DNA from: Acidimicrobiia bacterium | Lineage (GTDB): Bacteria > Actinomycetota > Acidimicrobiia > Spongiisociales > ZC4RG35 | Reading direction: 5' to 3' | DNA: 64,000 nucleotides | Assembly (NCBI GenBank): GCA_035292685.1 | Contig: DATDPP010000079.1 | Coordinates: 102,300 to 166,299, forward strand | Shown: positions 45,412-54,970 of the stretch, in pieces | Layout: the number at the start of each line of letters is the position of its first letter | Position numbering within the stretch: the stretch's first letter is position 1 | The notes under the pieces: model-generated | What the model saw: only the letters and a program-made list of their open reading frames with translations | The model's database searches: none | What the model was told of the DNA's origin: nothing | Position numbers and translations under genes: made by a program

Positions 45412-46644
45412 TTAGGAGAGGGTCTCGAGGTGAGTCGCCACTCCGTAGTCGAGGATCACAGGGCCATCGTCACCGATGGCGATGTGAGTGACCGAGGTGT
45501 TGGTCGGTGTGTACAGCGATTCGGCGTGCGAATCGGTGGTCGCGGTCAACAGCGAGACATAAGAGCGGATGGCACCACCGTGGGCGACCACCAGTGTGGG
45601 CTCGCCGCGGGCCGGTTCCAGGGACTGAACCGCATTCGAGAAACGATGCGCCAGTTCGCCCCAACTCTCCCCGTCCTCCCCCCGTCGTAGGTCGACCCCG
45701 TCCCTGAAGATGGATTCCATCCGATCAGGCCAGTGCTCCATGATCTCGTGGGAGGTGAGCCCCTCCCATTGCCCCATCGCCAGTTCGCTGAGGTCGACAA
45801 CGGTGACCACGCCGTTGTTGGCCAGATAGTCGGCGGTCCCTTGTGCCCTCCCCGACGGTGAGGAATAGACGGTGTCGGCGGTCCCGTACCAATCGCGGAG
45901 GGCCGCAGCCTGGCTGTGGCCGCGCTCGTCGAGACCCCAGTCGCCCTGGCCCTGCCAGCGGCCCTCGATGTTGGCCCGGGTCTGCCCGTGACGGATTAGC
46001 GCCAGGACCGGACGGCCGGCAGCAAGGTGCCTGGCAACGGCCGCTGACCTGGGGCCGAGATGGCCCGTGTCGTTGAAGCTGGCAAGTCGCGCCCGGTCAT
46101 GGGACCACACCAACCTGGTGACCGAGGTGTTCCCGGCGAAGACATGCACCCTTCTCCGCCTCCCGGGCAGATAGCGGTGGAGCACAGCGTTGAGCAGGCC
46201 ACCGTGGGTCACCACCACGGCACGGCCCCGCTCTCCGAGACGCGTCGCCAGCTCTTCGATGGCGAGGAATGCCCTCAGTTCGGCGTCGTCGAGACGCTCG
46301 CCCGTCATTCCCAGGGCGAGATCGCGATCCAACACCGGGTTTCCGGGCAATCGGTCGTCGGCGGCTAAGACCTCCTCACGGGTCATCCCCTCCCAGCGAC
46401 CGATATCGATTTCGATGAAGTCCGCCGAGATCTCGACATCCGGGGAGATGGCGGCTGCCGTGTCAACCGCCCGTTGCAGCGGCGAGCTGACCACCAGGTC
46501 GAACCTCTGGCCGGAGAAGCGCCCGGCCAGTTGGTCGAGACTGGCCATCCCCGCCGGGCTGAGAGGCCCATCGGCCCGCCCGCTCCATAGCCCTTCCCGA
46601 TTGGTCTCGGATTCGGCGTGTCGAATAAGGAGGATTTCCGGCAT
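45412..46644 (-). CDS. tandem histidine phosphatase (phosphoglycerate mutase-like) protein
   Basis: Two RHG-type domains: LLIRHAESETN... and ALIRHGQTRANIEGRWQG... Confidence 0.85.
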   Translation of the reverse strand: MPEILLIRHAESETNREGLWSGRADGPLSPAGMASLDQLAGRFSGQRFDLVVSSPLQRAVDTAAAISPDVEISADFIEIDIGRWEGMTREEVLAADDRLPGNPVLDRDLALGMTGERLDDAELRAFLAIEELATRLGERGRAVVVTHGGLLNAVLHRYLPGRRRRVHVFAGNTSVTRLVWSHDRARLASFNDTGHLGPRSAAVARHLAAGRPVLALIRHGQTRANIEGRWQGQGDWGLDERGHSQAAALRDWYGTADTVYSSPSGRAQGTADYLANNGVVTVVDLSELAMGQWEGLTSHEIMEHWPDRMESIFRDGVDLRRGEDGESWGELAHRFSNAVQSLEPARGEPTLVVAHGGAIRSYVSLLTATTDSHAESLYTPTNTSVTHIAIGDDGPVILDYGVATHLETLS

Positions 46645-46691
46645 GTCCAGGTACTTGGTACTACCACTCGGCGCTTAGAGACAGCCGTGGC

Positions 46692-48746
46692 TCATGAGAC
46701 AAATGCAGACGCAAACAGCAGGGAAACGATGGTCATCACCTTGATCACGATGTTCAAAGACGGTCCCGAGGTGTCCTTGAACGGGTCGCCCACGGTGTCG
46801 CCGATCACTGCCGCCTTGTGGGCGTCGGACCCCTTGCCCCCGTACGCTCCGGTCTCGATGAACTTCTTGGCGTTGTCCCAGGCACCGCCGGCATTGGCCA
46901 TGAAAATGGCGAGGAGGAACCCCGTCACCAACACCCCGGCGAGGAGACCTCCCAATGCCTCAACGTCGATGAACCCAACGATCAGGGGCAGGGCGACGGC
47001 CAGGGTCGCCGGGAGCACCATCTCGCGAAGGGCGCCGGTGGTGGCGATGTCGACGCATTCGGCATATTCGGGCCTGACCCCCGGCTCACCTTCCCGCAAC
47101 CCCTTGATCACCCGGAACTGCCGTCTCACCTCATCGATCATCCGGTTTGCGGCTCGGCCCACCGCACTCATGGTGAGGGCCGCGAACAGGAACGGGAACA
47201 TGGCGCCGATCAGGAGGCCGATCGTGGTCTCGGCCCGGGTGAGGTCGATGGCGGTGAGCCCGACCGCCTCGGCGAAAGCGGTGAACAGGGCGAGGGCGGT
47301 GACCGCGGCTGAAGCGATGGCGAATCCTTTGGCCACCGCGGCCGTGGTATTGCCTAATGAGTCGAGGACATCGGTGGCGTGACGGACCTCGGCAGGGAGT
47401 TGTGCCATCTCGGCAATTCCGCCGGCGTTGTCGGCGATCGGGCCGTAGGCATCCATCGAGATCGTCATGCCCAGGGTGGCGAGGACACCGATGGCGGCGA
47501 TGGCCACCCCGTAGAGGCCTCCACCGCTTCCCAGGGCCCAATCGCCGGCGAAGAAGGCGACACCGATGCCGCCCGCCGCCACGATCACCGAGAACGCAGC
47601 CGACCGCATCCCTTCCGCGAGGCCGACGATGATCACCGTGGCCGCACCGGTCTGTGCGTGCCGGGCGATCTCTTTGACCGTCTTGTGGTTGTCGGAGGTG
47701 AACCACTCCGAGATCTTGCCGACCAGCCATCCCACGACGAGGCCGGCGAAGACGGCTAGCCAGATCCCCAGCGGGTTCTCGGCGACATCTCCGAAAACCC
47801 AATACGAGAGCCCGAGGACTCCGACCGCGGTGGCGATCAACGAGAAGTTGGTACCACGATGGAGGGCTGCTGCGAGGTGACCCTCGTCATTGGATCGCAC
47901 CAGGAACGAGCCGATGATGGCGGCGAACATCCCGAGGGCGGCGACGGCCAAGGGAAACACGATCGCCTCCTCCATGTACGCCGAGCCGCCGAAGACGATG
48001 GCGGCATAGGCGATGGGGGCAACCAGTGCCCCGACATAGGACTCGAAGAGGTCGGCGCCCATCCCGGCAACATCACCGACGTTGTCACCTACGTTGTCGG
48101 CGATCACCGCCGGGTTGCGGGGGTCGTCCTCGGGGATACCTGCCTCCACCTTTCCCACCAGGTCGGCACCCACGTCGGCGGCCTTGGTGAAGATCCCCCC
48201 TCCGACCCGGGCGAAAAGGGCGATGGAGGAGCCCCCGAGGGCGATGGCGGTGATGGTCTCGGACCAGGAATCGAGGTCGAGCACCCGGTCGAAGAAGAAG
48301 AACCCGAGACCCACTCCGAGCAGCCCGAGCCCGGCAACGGTGAACCCGGTGACCGCCCCGCCCCGGAACGCCACAGTCAGCGCCGCCGGGACCCCCCCGG
48401 TCCGAGCTGCTTCGGTGGTGCGGGAGTTGGCGGCGGTGGCGATCCGCATTCCCGCGTATCCGGCGCCTCCCGAGAGCGCCGCCCCGAACACGTAAGCCGT
48501 CGTCCCCCAGGGCCAGCCCCAGTCGAGGAAGACTGCGATCAGGCCCGCCATCACCACGACGAAAACCAGGATCCAGAGGTACTCGCGATGGATGAAAGCC
48601 ATGGCCCCTTCACGAATGGCGTCGGAGATCTCGACCATGCGCGAGTTGCCCCGGGGAGCGGCCATCACCACCCGTGCGTAATAGACAGCCAGGGCCAGGG
48701 CGGCGAAACCCGCGGCAAGCGCGGAGTAGAGGATCAGGTCTGGCAT
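46692..48746 (-). CDS. hppA: membrane-bound proton-translocating pyrophosphatase
   Basis: [55 protein letters not shown] and other H+-PPase signatures. ATG 48746 (MPDLILY) is preferred; the ORF extends to 48818. Confidence 0.92.
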   Translation of the reverse strand: MPDLILYSALAAGFAALALAVYYARVVMAAPRGNSRMVEISDAIREGAMAFIHREYLWILVFVVVMAGLIAVFLDWGWPWGTTAYVFGAALSGGAGYAGMRIATAANSRTTEAARTGGVPAALTVAFRGGAVTGFTVAGLGLLGVGLGFFFFDRVLDLDSWSETITAIALGGSSIALFARVGGGIFTKAADVGADLVGKVEAGIPEDDPRNPAVIADNVGDNVGDVAGMGADLFESYVGALVAPIAYAAIVFGGSAYMEEAIVFPLAVAALGMFAAIIGSFLVRSNDEGHLAAALHRGTNFSLIATAVGVLGLSYWVFGDVAENPLGIWLAVFAGLVVGWLVGKISEWFTSDNHKTVKEIARHAQTGAATVIIVGLAEGMRSAAFSVIVAAGGIGVAFFAGDWALGSGGGLYGVAIAAIGVLATLGMTISMDAYGPIADNAGGIAEMAQLPAEVRHATDVLDSLGNTTAAVAKGFAIASAAVTALALFTAFAEAVGLTAIDLTRAETTIGLLIGAMFPFLFAALTMSAVGRAANRMIDEVRRQFRVIKGLREGEPGVRPEYAECVDIATTGALREMVLPATLAVALPLIVGFIDVEALGGLLAGVLVTGFLLAIFMANAGGAWDNAKKFIETGAYGGKGSDAHKAAVIGDTVGDPFKDTSGPSLNIVIKVMTIVSLLFASAFVS

Positions 48747-48851
48747 CGAAAAGACCTCAGAAGGGAACTGGATCGAGGCGGCGCCGGAGTATACGAAGGG
48801 CTCAGGAGTCGTTCCCAATTCCTGTCACACAGGCGAGATAAGTTCGTCGCA

Positions 48852-49562
48852 ATGGGGTGGTTCTGCACCTTGGACGAGTGCAATCGAGATGGGTATGCGC
48901 GTGGCCTATGCGAAATGCACTACCGGCGGGTTCGGAAGACGCGAGATCCGGGACCACCAGGACCGTTGGCTCGATCAAGATCCATCTGCAAGGCACCGGA
49001 GTGCGACCATGAACTGGACGCCAAAGGCTATTGCCACGGCCACTATCTGCGCCTCCTACGCACCGGTGCAGTGAGCGAAGAGCCACTGCGGGTCAGAGGG
49101 AGACTGTGCTCGGTTGAAGATTGCATCGAGGCCCACAAGGCCAAGGGCATGTGCGCTGCCCACTACAAGCGCTTCCTCAAATACGGCGACCCCCAACCTG
49201 ATCGTCCGATCAGACGGAGCGACGGCAACGGACACATCAGCCATGGGTATCGAAACGTCCCGGTCTCCTCTCCCCTGCGACGTTTGGTTGGAGGCGCCAC
49301 CAAGGTAGGCGAACATCGGCTGGTGATGGCTATTCATCTCGGCCGTCCGCTCCTGCCCGACGAGGTAGTCCATCATCGCAACGGAAATCGTATCGACAAC
49401 CGCATCGAGAACCTCGAGTTGTGGTCGACTGCTCACCCGAAAGGGCAACGGGTAGTAGACCTAATCGCCTTCTCCGTCGAGATGCTCCACCGATACACAC
49501 CCGAGATCGGTTCATCGATAGTGAGGATGTCAGTGCAAGCTGGCAGTCCCGACCAGATTTGA
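48852..49562 (+). CDS. HNH endonuclease (HNH_3-like) with three N-terminal Cys/His-rich repeats
   Basis: [41 protein letters not shown] core. Three repeats of C-x2-C...G(L/Y/M)C..HY.R. ATG 48852 lies inside ORF 47859..49562. The 3' end runs 22 nt into tRNA-Glu. Confidence 0.8.
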   Translation: MGWFCTLDECNRDGYARGLCEMHYRRVRKTRDPGPPGPLARSRSICKAPECDHELDAKGYCHGHYLRLLRTGAVSEEPLRVRGRLCSVEDCIEAHKAKGMCAAHYKRFLKYGDPQPDRPIRRSDGNGHISHGYRNVPVSSPLRRLVGGATKVGEHRLVMAIHLGRPLLPDEVVHHRNGNRIDNRIENLELWSTAHPKGQRVVDLIAFSVEMLHRYTPEIGSSIVRMSVQAGSPDQI

Positions 49563-49616
49563 ACTGGCGTTTCCGGCTTGAGAGGCCGGCGTCCTTGACC
49601 CCTAGACGACGGGACC
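49541..49616 (-). tRNA. tRNA-Glu (anticodon CTC), CCA encoded
   Basis: Manual fold: GGTCCCG/TC/GTCT-AGGGGTCA-AGGAC.../CCGGC-CTCTCAA-GCCGG/.../GCCAG-TTCAAAT-CTGGT/CGGGACT/GCCA. Confidence 0.9.
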
Positions 49617-49645
49617 AGATTCGGCCCACTCACGTTGGACCGTTG

Positions 49646-49717
49646 CTCGGGGGGAAGGACTCGAACCCTCAATAACAGGGCCAGAACCTGTCGTGTTACC
49701 TATTACACCACCCCCGA
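49646..49717 (-). tRNA. tRNA-Gln (anticodon CTG)
   Basis: Manual fold: TCGGGGG/TG/GTGT-AATAGGTA-ACAC/G/ACAGG-TTCTGGC-CCTGT/TATT/GAGGG-TTCGAGT-CCTTC/CCCCCGA/G. The U1-A72 pair is typical of tRNA-Gln. Confidence 0.9.
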
Positions 49718-49761
49718 ACGCGCATACCCGAAGGCAGTGCGGGGTAGTTGAGATTACCCGA

Positions 49762-50126
49762 TCACCAAGTCAGTGCGAAGTGTCCCCGCTCTGACCCAGC
49801 GGCAGGCCGGCATCGACGAAGATGGACCCGTTCCTCGATGCGATGGGTCCCCTTGCGGAGTCCTTTCCGTTCTAGATGCAGCTCCTCGGGCTCGCCCTTC
49901 CGGCCGAAGTCGTAGTGGACGGTGATTGGGCCCGATTCCAACTGTTTGAACTGGTGGGGGCGTCGCGCCGCCTGAGTGAACTTGGTCTCCCGGCTGGTCC
50001 TCGGCGGCTCACAATGGGCCTCCAGCTCGAACCACCCCCGCCACGCCTGGGCCACAGCCACACCCATACCGACCCGCCCCGACTTTGGATATGTTCGATG
50101 GCTCGATCGGTGGCGACGATCTTCAC
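49762..50126 (-). pseudogene. small conserved-looking ORF split across frames (possible frameshifted gene)
   Basis: GTG 50126 opens MKIVATDRAIEHIQSRGGSVWVW. High GC3 then continues in a second frame (WFELEAHCEPP...GPITVHYDFGRKGEPEELHLE). The first frame may resume after a G-run (PIASRNGSIFVDAGLPLGQ). Confidence 0.3.
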
Positions 50127-50130
50127 GATC

Positions 50131-51707
50131 TCAGGTTACGGGCACTTCTTCCTCGGGCGGTATCACCGGCACGAAGGGCTTCCTGGCCTGGGCCGCGAAG
50201 TAATAGATGCCCCCGACCAGCAGCACCACGGCGATGATCAGCTCGATCACCGGGATCTGGTTGAGGAAGTCGATCTTGAAGTCGACCAACTGCTCACCCT
50301 CCACGTAGTAGTCGGTTTGAACCGCACTCGGATTGGAGAGGATCCGCAAAGTGGCATCCTCGGAAAAAGCCGAGTCGCCCGGGGAGGGCCACAGGAAGTT
50401 GACCAACATCAATGCTCCCCACAAGATCGCGATCACGTTGATCGGCTTGGCCCACCCTCCCAGCTTGAAGGGAGCGGGCGTCTTGGGCCAGCCCCGCAGC
50501 CGGGCTCGGAAGATGGCCAGGTTACCGAGCAGGTAACTGAGATAGATCATGGCGGTGGCGGCGACCGCGACCGTGGTGGCCCCGGTGAACTGGAGGAACG
50601 GGATCGCCGAGAGCAGGCCGACGGCCACACAAGACCCAATCGGGGTGTGCCAGCGGGGGCTCACCTTGGCCAGTGGCTTCGACACCGGCAGCTGGTCGTC
50701 GCGGGCCATGCCGAAAGCAAGGCGAACCGTCGAGGTCATGATCGCCATGCAGCAGACGAAGATGGCAGCCGACAAGACGAACAAGTAGATGGCAGTAAAG
50801 GCGCTCTCCACTCCGAATGCGCCTTCGATCACAACGGCTGGAGAAGTAGCCAAGCCTTCGGCGGCTCCCTGCAGATCGGGGATTGCCATCAGGGTGCCCC
50901 AGAGGAATACGGCTCCGATGACGAAGGCACCGAGGAGGGAGCCGAGCACTGCTTTGGGCGCCTCGGCCCGGGGGTTTCTGGTCTCCTCGGCCAGGGTGCC
51001 GGCAGTGTCGAACCCGTAAACCACGAACAGGCTCATGAACATGGCGATCAGGAAGGTGCTGGCATTGACGGTCTGCCCGGCGCTATCGAAGATGACGCCG
51101 AGACCCTGCTCGTTGTGGGTGACGGCCAGGATGACGGCCAACACCACCAGTCCCAGCACCTCGAAGAGCACCCCGGTGTTGTTGACGATCGAAACCAGCC
51201 TGATCCCGTAGATGTTGAGCAATGTGACCAGGACCAGGGTGATGATGGCGATCCATCGTTGGTTGGCGACCGTGGCCTCCATCTCGATCCCGATCGCATT
51301 GAAGAACGGAATGAGGGCGAGGGGCAGTGTGGCGCACACCGCGGCGACGGTGATGATCCCGGCGAACATGTACAACCACCCGGTGATCCAGGAATACCCG
51401 CGCCCGGACACGTACTTGGTCCACTGGTAGACCGAACCGGCCACCGGGTAGTGGCTCGACATCTCGGCGAAGGTAAGGGCGACGAATGGCTGGCCGAGAA
51501 ACAACACCGGCCAGGTCCAGAACATGATCCCCCCGATGGTGAGGGCAAGGAAGCACAGGGTGAAGATGCCAGTCGCCGGCGAGATGTAGGAAAGGCGATC
51601 GCAAACGAGCTGAAGGTGTTCAGATCCCGCTTCAGCTCCTGGCGGTAGCCGAATTTGGCCAGATAGGCGGCGTCGCGCTCGGCGCCCTCGTGGCGGCTGC
51701 CGGCCAT
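50131..51707 (-). pseudogene. APC-family amino acid permease with an apparent 1-nt frameshift near 51591
   Basis: The N-terminus MAGSRHEGAERDAAYLAKFGYRQELKRDLNTFSSFAIAF is in one frame (ORF 51048..51707). The rest, SYISPATGIFTLCFLALTIGG..., is in ORF 50131..51726. The junction GCC TTT CCT ACA would read AIAF-SYIS with one extra T. Confidence 0.7.
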
Positions 51708-51791
51708 TGCTCTGCCGCCTGCTCACACGGGTCGGACCATCGGGGACGCAGCCAACTGATAGCTGCGACGCCGCGAAAACCTCTACTGAAT

Positions 51792-52208
51792 TCAGGGCAA
51801 CAAACGGGGGGTGGCGGTGGCCTCGGCCCTCACGGTCAAGGGCTCGGTCTGATCGACGAACAGCCCGAGCAGCCCGAGTTCGATCGAGTCGACCACCACC
51901 ACGTCGACCGAGAGCCCATCGCTGTGGGTGGCGATCTCGAAGGAAGCAGAATCCAGGTCTTGGCCGGTGACAGAGGCCGCGCCGAGTTCCCTGGCACGGA
52001 TGGGATCGAGGATGACCTCACCGGTCGCCCGGTAGTGCTCCTCGTCGATCCCCGAGGCGGCGGCGATGGCAGCTGAATCCGCTACCGCAGCCAACTCACG
52101 TTGCAGGGCGAGGGCCCTCCAGAAATCGATGGCGAGCCCACCGAACAGGAGCAGGAGCACCGACAATCCCAGCATCCAAATAGTCACCGAGCCGCGATCC
52201 GGTCTCAT
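51792..52208 (-). CDS. TadG/TadE-like pilus assembly (pseudopilin-like) protein
   Basis: ATG 52208 overlaps the upstream stop (ATGA). MRPDRGSVTIWMLGLSVLLLLFGGLAIDF is an N-terminal TM helix typical of TadE/G-like proteins. Confidence 0.6.
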   Translation of the reverse strand: MRPDRGSVTIWMLGLSVLLLLFGGLAIDFWRALALQRELAAVADSAAIAAASGIDEEHYRATGEVILDPIRARELGAASVTGQDLDSASFEIATHSDGLSVDVVVVDSIELGLLGLFVDQTEPLTVRAEATATPRLLP

Positions 52209-52633
52209 CCCAGGCTCCGATAGAGATCCACCGGCTCGGCATGCACCCCGGTGACCCAAACACCTCCCACCGGGCCCCACGGTGTGGTGAGCACCGGAGT
52301 CCAGATACGCACCTCGGCCACGACTTCGGAGCCTCTCTCCAGGGAACAACCCGAGGTCGAGACGTCGGTCGGACCCGGCTCCGAGCCGCACCAGCCCAAA
52401 CGGACCGATTCGGGTGCCAAACCGTGGTTGCCTCCGATCTCGGAGACGACCAGGCTTCCTCTCCTCAAGTCGAGGGTGACGACCGCGGTCCTCGCCGCTT
52501 CGGCGGCGGCCGCTTCCGCCACGACTCTTCTCTCCGACCAGGGGCCGAAAGCGAGCACCGCGAGGGCGACAGGGAGCAACAGAAGCCCGACGCCGAGGGC
52601 GAATTCAACAGCCCCATGGCCTTGCTCACTCAT
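52205..52633 (-). CDS. TadE-family protein
   Basis: MSEQGHGAVEFALGVGLLLLPVALAV N-terminus (GxxxVEF TadE pattern). Confidence 0.65.
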   Translation of the reverse strand: MSEQGHGAVEFALGVGLLLLPVALAVLAFGPWSERRVVAEAAAAEAARTAVVTLDLRRGSLVVSEIGGNHGLAPESVRLGWCGSEPGPTDVSTSGCSLERGSEVVAEVRIWTPVLTTPWGPVGGVWVTGVHAEPVDLYRSLG

Positions 52634-53021
52634 GATTCGGCTCGAGCGTCGCCTGGGCGCTCAGTTCGATCACGAAATCGGGAGTCAATGGGGTCCACGA
52701 ACGAAAGACTGCGTGCCCTCGGGCCACCACCAGATCTCCCACTGTCTCGCACCGGATCTCAGCGGACTCACCCATCTCGCCCCCGAGGATCTGATCAAGC
52801 ACAGCCCCCACTCTCTCCTCACACCCTATGGGCGCACCTGTGATCGCACCGACCCGCGCTCCCTGATCCAGCGCCGAGCGAATGGCTCCCCGACCGTATT
52901 GGACTACGACCAGGTTGGCGAAGACCAGAAACAGGATGAGCGAGAGTGCTCCCGCCAGCAAGAACTGGACCGAGGTGACGCCTCGCTCGCTCAGCCTCCG
53001 ATCAACGAGGAACGGATCCAA
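52626..53021 (-). CDS. TadE-family protein
   Basis: SERGVTSVQFLLAGALSLILFLVF N-terminal pattern. The gene lies in the Tad operon; TTG start. Confidence 0.65.
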   Translation of the reverse strand: MDPFLVDRRLSERGVTSVQFLLAGALSLILFLVFANLVVVQYGRGAIRSALDQGARVGAITGAPIGCEERVGAVLDQILGGEMGESAEIRCETVGDLVVARGHAVFRSWTPLTPDFVIELSAQATLEPNHE

Positions 53022-53170
53022 GTGACTATGTCCACGCCGAGCGCTTGAAGGGCGCCCCAGATCACCACCAGAGCGGCAATCGCCAGCGCGGCATTGCCCA
53101 TCAGCTCGGCGGTGTTCAACCCCCGGTCGTCCTCGCGCATGGTGCGCAGTAGTTGGTCTACATCGGGCAT
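52991..53170 (-). CDS. flp: Flp-family type IVb pilin (actinobacterial DUF4244-like)
   Basis: ATG 53170 lies 6 nt after AAGGAGG. DDRG/LNTAELMGNAALAIAALVVIW has the G/xxxxE processing-site pattern followed by a hydrophobic helix; 59 aa. Confidence 0.6.
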   Translation of the reverse strand: MPDVDQLLRTMREDDRGLNTAELMGNAALAIAALVVIWGALQALGVDIVTWIRSSLIGG

Positions 53171-53183
53171 GGTCAACCTCCTT

Positions 53184-54110
53184 TCATCGCCAGCCCGTGA
53201 TCAAACTTGGCAGCGGTGCAGCGACGAACAGGATCAGGACGGGAGCGAGGATGGCGATCGTGGGCACGAGCATCGCCGCCCGTCTCTTGGTGGCGGAGCG
53301 CTTGATCAACTCGCGTCGGGTCTCCCGTACGTCCTCCGCCAGATCGAGCAGGGCACCGGCGAGGTCGGCTCCCCGCTCCTCGGCCGAGGCGAGAAGGCGG
53401 TAAGTGCGACTGCAGAACGGCTCCGGAGTGAGCTCGGCTATTCGACGGAAGGCATCGCCGGCCCGCCACCCGGCGCGTTGAAGTCGCAGTGCTTCGGCCA
53501 GCTCGTTGATCACCTCACCACGGCCTCGTGCCACAGTGGAGCTGACGGCGTGGACCACTCCGCCGCCTGCCCTCGCCCGCATCGCCAGGAGTTGGTTGAC
53601 GGTGTACACCTCGATCCGCATCAGCTCTCTTCGGGTCTCGATGGCCTTGTCGATGCGGGAACGTTGACGGGTCGCACCGACGAGGAGCCCGAGACCGACC
53701 AGAACCAAGCGTTGGATCAGGGAGGCTCCGATCACCGATCCCGCCAGCAGCCCCAACCCGGTGGCGACCACCATCGACCTGAGTTGAGTCACCCGGTAGG
53801 CCGAGACCATCTCCTCCTCGGGGAGTTGGCGATACCAACCAGCCTGGCGAAGCTTGAGAATCGTCACCTGGTCACCCGATCGCTCGAGCAACCTTCCGGC
53901 GGCCTCCGCCACCTGACGGACGATGGGCCCGAAGACCTGTGTAACCGCGCCGCCCGCCCCCTGGCCGCGGGTCATCGACCGGGTTGGTGTCAGATACGGC
54001 TGGAGTCGAGAGGCGAGGGACCTCGGCGGGGGAATCAACTCGTGCACCAACAGCCCCGCGGCCAGGGCGGACGCGACCGCGGCGAGGAGCACCAAAGGGG
54101 ACACGATCAA
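53184..54110 (-). CDS. tadC: type II secretion system F-family protein TadC
   Basis: GspF-like domain and TM helices. The start (TTG 54110 or GTG 54104) overlaps the tadB stop. The upstream part of ORF 53184..54290 was rejected. Confidence 0.8.
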   Translation of the reverse strand: MIVSPLVLLAAVASALAAGLLVHELIPPPRSLASRLQPYLTPTRSMTRGQGAGGAVTQVFGPIVRQVAEAAGRLLERSGDQVTILKLRQAGWYRQLPEEEMVSAYRVTQLRSMVVATGLGLLAGSVIGASLIQRLVLVGLGLLVGATRQRSRIDKAIETRRELMRIEVYTVNQLLAMRARAGGGVVHAVSSTVARGRGEVINELAEALRLQRAGWRAGDAFRRIAELTPEPFCSRTYRLLASAEERGADLAGALLDLAEDVRETRRELIKRSATKRRAAMLVPTIAILAPVLILFVAAPLPSLITGWR

Positions 54111-54970
54111 AGAGCCCTCCCCGACGTGAAGACCCTGGGCTCTGCCGGCTGATTCCCGAGGCGAGAGGCGATGACGATCCCGAGGAGGCTCATCACGCCA
54201 CCGATGAAGGCCACCGTCAAGCCGGCAGGTGTCGAGTAGAACTCGCGGAACGCCCCGGCCTGGGCGGTCATAGCGATCAGGACGAACCATGGGAGCACGA
54301 AGACCACCCGGGCGTTGATCTTCTGCTCGAGCGCCTCGGTCCGGATCTGCTCCAAGGTCCAGATATCCCGTGTGGTGGCTTCGGCGAGATCGGACAAGAT
54401 GTCGGGCACCACCGCACCTCCCCGTTCATAGGCGAGGATCAGCACCTCGATGACCCGATCCGACGTCGGGTCTGCCAGATCCGACTTGATCATCTCCAGC
54501 GCCGGCACCACTCCCAGGCTCCGCGAGTAGACGGTGAAACCCTGGAATGCGGAGCGCAGAGGTGCGGGACCAAACCCGGCCAGGTTCTCGATCGCAGTGG
54601 GAAGCGATGCGCCCGAACGAACCGACGCGATCAGGTCGCGCAACCCATCCGGCCATGCTTCCTGGACTTCGGCCAACCTGCGGGCCCGCTTTCGCCCGAA
54701 GTAGGCGCGGGGCAGGGTGGCCACCACGATGGCCGGCATCGCCGAGATGAGGGGGAGGGAGGTGACCGCGTATACCAGAAGGTAGGTCAGCGCCCCGGTG
54801 CCAATCGAAGCCAGCCAGAACTGGATCGGAGTGACATCGACACCGGCTTGGGACTGCCACGGCTCTTGGTGGGGAACTGTCGGTTCCCTGTTGCGGAAGC
54901 GTTCGATTATCGCCATGGTCGAGAAGGCGACAGCCAGCGCCGTCGACGCGGCCGCCAAGAGGATCACCAT
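54107..54970 (-). CDS. tadB: type II secretion system F-family protein TadB
   Basis: ATG 54970 overlaps the tadA stop; GspF-like with N- and C-terminal TM helices. Confidence 0.8.
   Translation of the reverse strand: MVILLAAASTALAVAFSTMAIIERFRNREPTVPHQEPWQSQAGVDVTPIQFWLASIGTGALTYLLVYAVTSLPLISAMPAIVVATLPRAYFGRKRARRLAEVQEAWPDGLRDLIASVRSGASLPTAIENLAGFGPAPLRSAFQGFTVYSRSLGVVPALEMIKSDLADPTSDRVIEVLILAYERGGAVVPDILSDLAEATTRDIWTLEQIRTEALEQKINARVVFVLPWFVLIAMTAQAGAFREFYSTPAGLTVAFIGGVMSLLGIVIASRLGNQPAEPRVFTSGRAL

Noticed and set aside
47859-48851. N-terminal 330 aa of ORF 47859..49562
   Set aside because: This part is antisense to hppA. Only the segment from ATG 48852 has HNH endonuclease features.
49876-51648. 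590-aa plus-strand ORF
   Set aside because: It is antisense to the APC permease. It is rich in Gly/Asp/His/Arg repeats and has no recognisable domain.
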